The position numbers and the translations under genes are program-made. Source: Archangium sp. (GTDB taxonomy: Bacteria > Myxococcota > Myxococcia > Myxococcales > Myxococcaceae). From it: a DNA stretch of 64,000 nt. The notes beneath the pieces are model-generated. The model was given only the letters and a program-made list of their open reading frames with translations, did not search any database and had not been told where the DNA came from. The number at the start of each line of letters is the position of its first letter. Positions within the stretch are counted from its first letter, which is position 1. The stretch lies in contig JANLPS010000208.1 of NCBI GenBank assembly GCA_031367385.1, positions 2,721 to 66,720 on the forward strand, given 5' to 3'. This document shows positions 42,686 through 50,132 of this stretch, piece after piece.

Positions 42686-44299
42686 GTGGCCATTCACATT
42701 CAAATTCTCGATAAATCATTCGCGCGCGAGCTGAGCTGGCTGCGCGAGACCTCGTATCGCGCGACCTACGGCGAGGCGGTTGATACCCGCTACCTGTTCT
42801 GGGGCCCCAACGACGACCGCCACACGAATATCGGGCTGTTCGAGAACAAGCAGTTGGTCGCGGCCTATCGCATCGACCGGGTGACGACCCCCGAAGAGCT
42901 CGAAGACCAGCTCCAGGCGCCAATCGATTCGCTGCCACCGGTCTCGCTGCCGTGCGCGGCGCTCTGCCGTGCGGCCACCCTGCCCGCGGCGCAGGGCAAG
43001 GGCTACCACCACGCCCTGCGCCTGGTCGCGATGGAGATCGCCCAGCGACAAGGCCTCGACACCATCGTCAGCACCACGATGACAGGCGGGCCCCCCTCGA
43101 AGCTCTTCGTCGACATGGGCTACCAGGTGTTCAATCACCCAGGCGAGTGGGCCGGTTTCTTGACCCCCGAGGGCCGAAAGCAAATCGCGGTGCTCGACCT
43201 CAAGGCCCAGCGCGCCAAGGCCGAGGCGGTGCTGCGCGAATACCTGAGTCAGAAGCAGCTGGTGGTCGACACGCGGCTCTTCGACGGGTCGAAGCTGATC
43301 ATCGCGCTCGACCCTCCGCGCGGCCGCGCCGAGGTGAATCAGATGCCCGCCCTCACCCACCGCAACCACTTCAAGTTCGGGTACAACAGCGTGCCCTTCA
43401 CCTGGCGCCGTGCACCGACCGATGCCTGGTTCGTGAAGTACGGGCGCTGCGAGCGTGAGCCGCTGCGCTTCGACGACGAGTGCCGAGCGGCCGCACGGTT
43501 GATCAGAGCGAGCACCACCCAGGCGCTGCACGTGCTGTTCTCTGGCGGAGTCGACTCCGAGGTGACGCTTCGCTCGTTTCTCGAAGCGAAAATACCAGTG
43601 CGGGCCGCGATCTTGCGCTTCGCTGACGACCTCAACGTGCACGACATCAGCCATGCGGTGATCAAATGCGAAGAGCTCGGTGTGCCTTACACCTTTTATG
43701 ATCTCGACCTGGTGGCGTTCTGGAGAGGCGAGGCCAAGCGTTACGCCGAAGCGACGTACTGCCTGTCGCCGCAGCTGATCTCGACGATGTGGCTGATCGA
43801 TCAAATACCAGGGTATGCGATTCTGGGCAGCGCCGAGTGCCTCTTCATCAAGCACGGCGAAGGGCTCTTCGAAAAGGGCGTCACGCCCTATGAAAAAACC
43901 CGGTGGGACCTGTGGGAGAAAGAGCGAATTGCCGCGTGGTACCGGCACTTCATGATCACCGGCCGTGAAGGCTGCCCTGGGTTCTTTCAGTACACGCCCG
44001 AGATCATGCTGGCCTACCTGCGCGACCCGATGGTGCAAGACCTGCTCAACGACAAAATCGAAGGCGAGTTCACCACCGAAGGCATCAAGGCCGACGTATA
44101 CCGGCAATACTGGCCCCTGCAGCAGCGCACCAAGTACACCGGGTTCGAGAAGGTGCTGGGCTATGAGCTCGAGCTGCACCACGAGCTGAGCGCGCGCTTC
44201 TCTTCGTCGAACCACATCTTCGCCACGCCGGTCGACGTGCTGGCCGAGATGCTCGCGCCCCAGGTGAAAACCCTTACCAGCGCTCGCGGCCGCCGATGA
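42686..44299 (+). CDS. Fusion protein: N-terminal GNAT-like (acyl-CoA N-acyltransferase / autoinducer-synthase-like) domain plus C-terminal PP-loop ATP pyrophosphatase domain
   Basis: GTG start. The N-terminal ~190 aa carry GNAT-like strands (LFENKQLVAAYRI...CRAATLPAAQGKGYHHALRLVAMEIAQRQG). The C-terminal half carries a PP-loop, HVLFSGGVDSEVTLRSF. The codons are typical of the window. The antisense ORF 42716-44305 is rejected. Confidence 0.75.
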   Translation: MAIHIQILDKSFARELSWLRETSYRATYGEAVDTRYLFWGPNDDRHTNIGLFENKQLVAAYRIDRVTTPEELEDQLQAPIDSLPPVSLPCAALCRAATLPAAQGKGYHHALRLVAMEIAQRQGLDTIVSTTMTGGPPSKLFVDMGYQVFNHPGEWAGFLTPEGRKQIAVLDLKAQRAKAEAVLREYLSQKQLVVDTRLFDGSKLIIALDPPRGRAEVNQMPALTHRNHFKFGYNSVPFTWRRAPTDAWFVKYGRCEREPLRFDDECRAAARLIRASTTQALHVLFSGGVDSEVTLRSFLEAKIPVRAAILRFADDLNVHDISHAVIKCEELGVPYTFYDLDLVAFWRGEAKRYAEATYCLSPQLISTMWLIDQIPGYAILGSAECLFIKHGEGLFEKGVTPYEKTRWDLWEKERIAAWYRHFMITGREGCPGFFQYTPEIMLAYLRDPMVQDLLNDKIEGEFTTEGIKADVYRQYWPLQQRTKYTGFEKVLGYELELHHELSARFSSSNHIFATPVDVLAEMLAPQVKTLTSARGRR

Positions 44300-45281
44300 A
44301 GTCATACGGGTAGCCCCATGCGGGCTCGCTGACCGCGTCGAGGGTCTTGAGGTGCTGCTCGCTCAGCGTGACCGATGCGGCCGCGAGGTTGTCTTCGAGC
44401 TGGGCAATCGTGCGGGCCCCCAGAATCACCGAGGTGACCTCGGGCTTACGCAACAACCACGCGAGCGCCACTCGCGCCGGAGTGGCGTCTGCCTCCTTCG
44501 CCACCTGCACCACCGCCTCAATCGTCTTCCACGTGCCGTCGACGTTGTACTTGTTCCAAGTGTCCTTCCACTCCGCCATGCGGGTACCGGTGGGAGGCGG
44601 CGAGTCCTTTCGGTATTTGCCCGACAAGAGACCGCGACCCAGGGGGCTCCAGACCAGAATGCCCATCGACGTGGCGCGCGCCGCGGGCACGACCTCTCGC
44701 TCACCGCCGCGCTCGAGCAGGCTCCACTGCATTTGCACCGACTCGTAGCGAGCGAGGTTGCGTTTGTCGGCGACCGCGACCGATTCTGCGAGCCGGTACC
44801 CGGTGTAGTTCGAGCAACCGATGTAGCGAACCTTGCCCGCGCGCACCAAGTCGTCCATCGCGCGCAGGGTCTCGTCGATGTCGACGGCGCCGTCTTGCAT
44901 GTGCACCTGGTAGAGGTCGATCCACTCCGAGCCGAGACGCCGCAGCGAGTCTTCGCAGGCTTGAATGATGTGCCGCCGCGAGAGGCCGAGGTCGTGCACC
45001 GTGGGCCCCATGCTGAAGCGGCACTTGGTGGCGATGATCACGCTCTTGCGTTTCGCGCCCAGCCACTGACCGACCAGCTGCTCGCTCTGGCCGTCACTGT
45101 AGACGTTGGCGGTGTCGATGAAGTCGATGCCGGCGTCGAGCGCGCGGTCGAGCACCTTGCGGCCTTCGTCCATCGCGGAGGTGACGCCCTTCATGAAGCC
45201 CGGCGCGTCGCCGAACGTCATCGCGCCCAAGCACAGCGTCGACACTTTGAGCCCACTTCGTCCGAGTCGTTTGTGATCCAT
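44274..45281 (-). CDS. Aldo/keto reductase
   Basis: N-terminus MDHKRLGRSGLKVSTLCLGAMTFG, then FIDTANVYSDGQSE, and the C-terminal LGARTIAQLEDNL. Confidence 0.9.
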   Translation of the reverse strand: MDHKRLGRSGLKVSTLCLGAMTFGDAPGFMKGVTSAMDEGRKVLDRALDAGIDFIDTANVYSDGQSEQLVGQWLGAKRKSVIIATKCRFSMGPTVHDLGLSRRHIIQACEDSLRRLGSEWIDLYQVHMQDGAVDIDETLRAMDDLVRAGKVRYIGCSNYTGYRLAESVAVADKRNLARYESVQMQWSLLERGGEREVVPAARATSMGILVWSPLGRGLLSGKYRKDSPPPTGTRMAEWKDTWNKYNVDGTWKTIEAVVQVAKEADATPARVALAWLLRKPEVTSVILGARTIAQLEDNLAAASVTLSEQHLKTLDAVSEPAWGYPYDFIGGRERW

Positions 45282-45330
45282 GGGCAAAGTCGTAGTCCAC
45301 GCGCGCACCTTCCGCTACACACCTCGCCCA

Positions 45331-46782
45331 ATGCCGCGCTCGATGGCCGCACGGGTTCTGTTGGCCATCGCTATGCTGGCCGGCCTCGTCGCGCGCATCG
45401 CCATCACGTTCACCGATGACGGCATCTACTGGCCCGACGAGATTTACCAATCGTTCGAGCCGGCTCACAAATTGGTCTTCGGGTACGGCGTCATTCCCTG
45501 GGAGTTCGTGCAAGGCGCACGCACCTGGGTGCTGCCCGGTCTGGTCGCTGCGATTCTGAAAGTCTGCGCGCTCTTCGGAGCCAGCGCTGGCACCTTCATT
45601 CACGTGGTGAAGCTGGCCTTCGTCGCCGCGTCGATGGCTGCCGCGCTCGGCGTGTACCGGCTCTCGCAAGTGCTCAACGACGAAGCGCCAAAAGCAGAGC
45701 TGGCCTCGGCGGCGGCGGCGAGCCTCTGGGCGCTCTGCGCGGCGTCGCTCTACTTCGCGCCTCGAGCGATGACCGAGAATGCCTCGGCGGCGTCGATCAT
45801 CTGGGGGCTGGCGCTGGTGCTCGACCCGAAGGCCAGCAGAAAGCTGATCATTCTGGGCGCTTCATTGCTCGGGCTCTCGGTGCTCTTTCGTTTGCAGTCG
45901 AGCGTCTTTTGCGTCGGCAGCGTGGTGATGCTGGCACTGCGTTCACGAAAGGCCCCAACGCAGTGGAAGGTGGTGCTCGCGGTGCTGACGGGGTGGGCCG
46001 CGTTCTTCGGCGTGCTCGACGCGCTCACCTGGCATGACGCGCCTGGCGCACGGTACGGGGGCCTCTTTCACTCGGTCTTCGTCTACGTGCGCTTCAACGT
46101 GATTGAAGGCCAGGGAGCCCGCTGGGGCACCGCTCCATGGCAGTACTACGCGGAGCACCTGTGGGCGGTGATGCCGGCGATCACCGTGCTGCTCGTCGCG
46201 GGCGCGCTGCTCTCGCTGCGACGCGCGCCGGGGTTGGTCATCACCGCCTTCGTCTTCGTCGCCATTCACGCGGCGGTCGCGCACAAAGAATTTCGATTTC
46301 TGGTGCCGGTGCTGCCGGTGCTCTGTGCGCTGGTTGGCTACGGCTTGAACGCGGTGTCATCGGTGCCCGCGGCACGGGCCGCCCTGCCCGCCACAGTGTT
46401 GCTGGCCGCGCTGTCAGGCTGGTCGTCGCAGTCGCTGACGATGGGCGACTTGGGCGCCTACCTCGATCGCCCAGGCTCCAGCGCGTGGAACGACTTCGGC
46501 AACGTGAACCGCTTGATGCTCGAGGCCGGCAAGCGCGACGATGTGTGCGGCCTGCGAATCGACATCGCCCACCTCGCGTGGACGGGCGGGTCGACGTACT
46601 TTCACCGCCCGGTGCCCCTCTACATGCCCAATTACCCAGTGAATTCGGGTCACTTCAATTACGTCATCACGTACCCCAACAGTGGCGCCGAGGTCATCGC
46701 ACGAGACCACGGCATCGAGCTGGTGCGTCTGCCTGGCTCGCCCTGCACTCCCGACCCTGGGTACAGCTGGTTGTTGCCATGA
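45331..46782 (+). CDS. GT22-family (Alg9/PIG-B-like) membrane mannosyltransferase
   Basis: First-loop motif WPDEIYQSFEPAHKLVFGYG, which is characteristic of GT22, and multiple TM helices. The ATG at 45331 was chosen because the ATG at 45280 overlaps the start codon of the AKR gene. Confidence 0.8.
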   Translation: MPRSMAARVLLAIAMLAGLVARIAITFTDDGIYWPDEIYQSFEPAHKLVFGYGVIPWEFVQGARTWVLPGLVAAILKVCALFGASAGTFIHVVKLAFVAASMAAALGVYRLSQVLNDEAPKAELASAAAASLWALCAASLYFAPRAMTENASAASIIWGLALVLDPKASRKLIILGASLLGLSVLFRLQSSVFCVGSVVMLALRSRKAPTQWKVVLAVLTGWAAFFGVLDALTWHDAPGARYGGLFHSVFVYVRFNVIEGQGARWGTAPWQYYAEHLWAVMPAITVLLVAGALLSLRRAPGLVITAFVFVAIHAAVAHKEFRFLVPVLPVLCALVGYGLNAVSSVPAARAALPATVLLAALSGWSSQSLTMGDLGAYLDRPGSSAWNDFGNVNRLMLEAGKRDDVCGLRIDIAHLAWTGGSTYFHRPVPLYMPNYPVNSGHFNYVITYPNSGAEVIARDHGIELVRLPGSPCTPDPGYSWLLP

Positions 46783-47456
46783 TGCAGCTCGACCGCGCGC
46801 TGCAGAGCCAGGGCTTCGGCTCGCGCAAAGAATGCCGGCTGATGGTCAACACCGGCCGCGTGCTGATCAACGGCAAGTCGGTCGCCTCGCCTGATCAGCA
46901 AGTCGACACCAGTGGGCTGCTCATCAGCGTCGATGGCGCTGCCTGGCCGTACCGCGAGCACCTCTACTTGATGATGAACAAGCCAATCGACCTCGAGTGC
47001 TCGCACGCACCGTCGCATCACAAGAGCGTCTTTTCGCTGCTGCCCAAGCACTTCGTCACCCGAGGCGTGCAGTGTGTCGGGAGGCTCGATTCAGACACCA
47101 CCGGCCTGCTGTTGCTCTCCGATGACGGCGCGTTCGTGCACGCGATGAGCTCTCCCAAGCGGCACGTCTCGAAGCTGTACCAGGTACAGACTGGTGAAGA
47201 CGTCACCGATGATCAGCTCGCCGCCCTCAGCGCCGGAGTGAAGTTGCGCGATGACCCAGAGCCTGCCCTCGGCACCGCCACTCGGCTCGGCCCCCGCAGC
47301 CTCGAGCTGCAAATCGACGAAGGCCGATACCACCAGGTCAAGCGCATGCTCGGAGCCGTCGGCAACCGCGTCGCGGCGCTCCACCGAACCCGGGTCGGCG
47401 ACTACGCGTTACCAGTGACGCTCGAGCCCGGTCAGTGGGTCGAGGTCGTTGCCTGA
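46779..47456 (+). CDS. rsuA: 16S rRNA pseudouridine synthase (RsuA family)
   Basis: S4-like N-terminus MQLDRALQSQGFGSRKECRLMV. Catalytic motif VGRLDSDTTGLLLLSDDG. Also EGRYHQVKRM. ATGA overlap with the GT22 stop. Confidence 0.9.
   Translation: MMQLDRALQSQGFGSRKECRLMVNTGRVLINGKSVASPDQQVDTSGLLISVDGAAWPYREHLYLMMNKPIDLECSHAPSHHKSVFSLLPKHFVTRGVQCVGRLDSDTTGLLLLSDDGAFVHAMSSPKRHVSKLYQVQTGEDVTDDQLAALSAGVKLRDDPEPALGTATRLGPRSLELQIDEGRYHQVKRMLGAVGNRVAALHRTRVGDYALPVTLEPGQWVEVVA
47418..47454 (+). repeat. Direct repeat copy A (last codons of rsuA)
   Basis: ACGCTCGAGCCCGGTCAGTGGGTCGAGGTCGTTGCCT. It recurs at 50079-50114. Confidence 0.9.
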
Positions 47457-47584
47457 CGCGGCTTGGAAACAGCCGCTCAAGATTCCGAAGACGATTGAAA
47501 GCGCCAGCAGTCGCACCGGCCGAGGGTCGCGGCCTGTAAACGCGCTTCAGGCCCAGCGAGCGCGATGGTGTTTCTACTCGGTGC

Positions 47585-47935
47585 TCAGCGAATCGAGACC
47601 CGACCGCCGAGCGCCTTGGCTCGCTCGAGCAAAGAAAGGAACTCGGTGCGCTCAGCGTCACCCGGGCGGGTCGCTCCGGCGGCGATTTGGCGCACGACCT
47701 CGTAGCTCCAGCCCGCGGCTTCGGGCGACCGACGAAAGATCTCGGCGGCGCCCATGACCGAAGTGGCGAAGCGAAAGTCAGGGGAGGCGTCAACGAAGCG
47801 AGTCGCGAGGTTTGCCCTCGAAAGGACGAACGATTGCTCGTCGGCCGCCCAGCCACGCGGCGCTTTGGCGCGGAGTCGAACGGTCGCGAGGCCATCGAAG
47901 AGGCGAGCCGATTTCTGCGTTGCATTTTTGTAACG
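47585..47935 (-). pseudogene. 5'-truncated remnant of a vWA-protein C-terminal domain (DUF3520 / YfbK-like)
   Basis: The minus-strand frame that ends at TGA (47585-47587) reads ...WAADEQSFVLSRANLATRFVDASPDFRFATSVMGAAEIFRRSPEAAGWSYEVVRQIAAGATRPGDAERTEFLSLLERAKALGG. About 115 codons are open, with an upstream in-frame TGA and no usable start. It is not in the ORF track; tracked ORF 47338-47925 is a different frame. Confidence 0.5.
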
Positions 47936-48301
47936 TCACCTGGCAGTGAGTCGTCGGTGCATGGACGAGGGAAATTGGGCCGGCGGTCGCGTCAAATCAG
48001 AACCATGAAACCTCACAGCGATACCTCCAAACGCCCTGCTCTGTGCTGAGGTCCAGCGAGGCCAGTGCTCGCACTCCTCTTCAACACACGCCCGCGGGCT
48101 TGCGTTCGAATGACGATGGTTCGCCTCTTCGAGTGTTCGAGGCTACTTTGGGCGCGTGAAACGTGACGCGGCACAAGAGGCGCCCCTCGCGGCAACCCTT
48201 CGCACCACCTCTACGCTGCATCGCGGGCCCACACGCTCGATACCAAGAGCACCAGGCCCCAAGCCGCCGATTTCGACATCTCGCTCGCTCCACCCGCGAA
48301 A

Positions 48302-50020
48302 ATGCCCGAGGGAGGCCTCAAGCTCGCCGTGACCGGTCTGTTGGGCCACGGAGGCATGGGCTCGGTTCTGCTCGCAAAGCAACCGCTCATCGGCCGAGAG
48401 GTCGCGGTGAAAGTCGCGCACGGCCCAGACTCGGCCGAGCAGTTACTCGCAGAGGCGCGAATGACCGGCGCGGTCGAACACCCTGGCGTCATACCGGTCT
48501 ACGGCATCGGGTCTGATCAGCGGGGGCTCCCAGCGCTCGTGATGCGACGGGTGGCAGGCATGAGTTGGCGACAGCTGCTCGACGATGCGGAGCACCCGTT
48601 CTGGGCAAAGCTCGAAGCGCCGGGTGACGTTCGGCTCGAAACGAACCTCAACTTGCTGGTGCAGATTTGCAACACCCTCGCTGCGGCGCACGCACGGGGC
48701 GTCATTCACCGAGATCTCAAGCCAGACAACATCTTGCTCGGTGAGTTCGGTGAGCTCTACGTCGCAGACTGGGGCATCGCTCGGCAGCTGACCGACAGCG
48801 TCGAGTCGTCTGTCGTTGGCACGCCGGCCTACATCGCGCCCGAGATGGCTCGCCGCGAGTCGCTCTCTGCCAGCACCGACGTCTTCTTGATCGGCGCAAC
48901 CTTGTACGAGCTGCTCTCGGGGCGGCCACCCTGGTTTGGCGCCGACATTCATGAAGTACTCACTCGCGCATCTCGGGGAGCCCTCGAGCCGCTCCCCGAA
49001 AGCACTGACCTCGAGCTTGCCGAGATTTGCCATCGCGCAACCGCGCCGAAGCCCGAAGCTCGCTATCAGAACGCCATCGAGCTCCGAGATGCCCTGACTC
49101 ATTATTTGCGTCATCGCAGCTCGGTCGCCATCAGTCAGGCCGCGAATCGAACGCTCGCGACATTGCGCACGCTCATCGGGCAAAGGGCTGACGACGTTCA
49201 GGTCTATGCCCAGCTTTCAGAGTGCAGATTCGGTTTCACTCAGGCACTTCGCGAATGGCCCGAAAACCCAGTCGCGAAGCATGGGCTTCAAGAAGCACTT
49301 GAGCGCGGAGTCGAATTCGAGCTTGAGCGCCACCACCCCGACGCAGCCAAGGCCCTCTTGCTCGAAATGAAAGGGCCGCCCCCCGACCTGGCCAGGAGGG
49401 TCGAAGTCGCGTCTGTGAAGCAACGCACGTCGTCGGCCCAACTCGAGGCGATTGTCGCGAACACCGACAACACCCAAGGCCTTCGCCGGCGACGCGTCGT
49501 GGCGACGGTGTTGGTGGTGATGACCTTCGGCTTCATCGGCAGCGGCGTCGCATGGCCTCTGCTCTGGACCCACCCAGCGGCCTTGGTCGTCTCGAGCGCG
49601 GTCTTTTCTTCATTTCTTCTGCTGACGCTCTGGGCCGTTCGGCGCGCCGCGCAGCGCAACAACTGGGTGAATCAGGCCGTGTTGACGGGGCTGGCGTACA
49701 TCTCGCTTGGCGCGTTCGTCGTGCGCATTCTGGGCTACCAGTATTCGTTGAATCAACAGCAGACCTTGAGTTTCGAGCTCTGCGTCACTGGCGCGGCCTG
49801 CGCGGCGCTCGCGGTCAGCGTTCACCGGGCACTTGCAGCGCATGCGGTGCTCAGCCTCGTTACGATTGGCCTGCTGCCGCTCGCACCGCTCCACGCGCAT
49901 CAGCTCTACTCGAGCATGATGATCGTGGGCATCGTCACGGTCGCCAGCTGGTTGCGCTTCGGCAAGACCGCGGTCGTGCCCCTCGAACTCAACGAACATG
50001 GGCGGGCTCACGTTCGATGA
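48302..50020 (+). CDS. Ser/Thr protein kinase with C-terminal polytopic membrane region
   Basis: Motifs LGHGGMGSVLLA, VAVKV, HRDLKPDNILL, DWGIA and GTPAYIAPE. Four or five hydrophobic helices in the last ~170 aa. There are visibly more A/T-ending codons than in neighbouring genes. Confidence 0.9.
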   Translation: MPEGGLKLAVTGLLGHGGMGSVLLAKQPLIGREVAVKVAHGPDSAEQLLAEARMTGAVEHPGVIPVYGIGSDQRGLPALVMRRVAGMSWRQLLDDAEHPFWAKLEAPGDVRLETNLNLLVQICNTLAAAHARGVIHRDLKPDNILLGEFGELYVADWGIARQLTDSVESSVVGTPAYIAPEMARRESLSASTDVFLIGATLYELLSGRPPWFGADIHEVLTRASRGALEPLPESTDLELAEICHRATAPKPEARYQNAIELRDALTHYLRHRSSVAISQAANRTLATLRTLIGQRADDVQVYAQLSECRFGFTQALREWPENPVAKHGLQEALERGVEFELERHHPDAAKALLLEMKGPPPDLARRVEVASVKQRTSSAQLEAIVANTDNTQGLRRRRVVATVLVVMTFGFIGSGVAWPLLWTHPAALVVSSAVFSSFLLLTLWAVRRAAQRNNWVNQAVLTGLAYISLGAFVVRILGYQYSLNQQQTLSFELCVTGAACAALAVSVHRALAAHAVLSLVTIGLLPLAPLHAHQLYSSMMIVGIVTVASWLRFGKTAVVPLELNEHGRAHVR

Positions 50021-50078
50021 AGACCGCAGGCACTTGAACAGTCCTGGCTGCTTCACGACGGCCAGCCGTGGCATCAGC

Positions 50079-50114
50079 CACGCTCGAGCCCGGTCAGTGC
50101 TCGAGGTCGTTGCC
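50079..50114 (+). repeat. Direct repeat copy B (decayed duplicate of the rsuA 3' end)
   Basis: ACGCTCGAGCCCGGTCAGTGCTCGAGGTCGTTGCCT. It differs from copy A by one substitution and one 1-nt deletion, and lies 18 nt from the stop of the convergent GT39-like gene. Confidence 0.9.
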
Positions 50115-50132
50115 TCGCCCCTCGTGCGACGC

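Noticed and set aside
42716-44305. 529-aa minus-strand ORF
   Set aside because: Mirror-image shadow of the GNAT/PP-loop gene. The translation is Arg/Gly/Ala/His-rich with no motifs, whereas the plus-strand frame has clear domain signatures.
44352-45419. 355-aa plus-strand ORF
   Set aside because: Antisense shadow of the aldo/keto reductase gene.
47458-47476. Hairpin GCGGCT-N7-AGCCGC just after the rsuA stop as an intrinsic terminator
   Set aside because: The stem is only 6 bp and no U-tract follows it. It is noted but not convincing.
47338-47925. 195-aa minus-strand ORF in the track
   Set aside because: The Arg/Ser/Pro-rich translation has no motifs. A different frame of the same strand gives the DUF3520-like sequence, so this ORF is a frame artefact.
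47940-47965. Sigma-54 promoter (TGGCA-containing stretch CCTGGCAGTGAGTCG)
   Set aside because: The -12 TTGC element is absent at the required spacing.
47455-50078. Intact mobile genetic element (IS, transposon or prophage)
   Set aside because: No transposase, integrase or terminal inverted repeats could be found. Only the flanking direct repeat supports an insertion history, so it is reported as a relic, not as a mobile_element feature.
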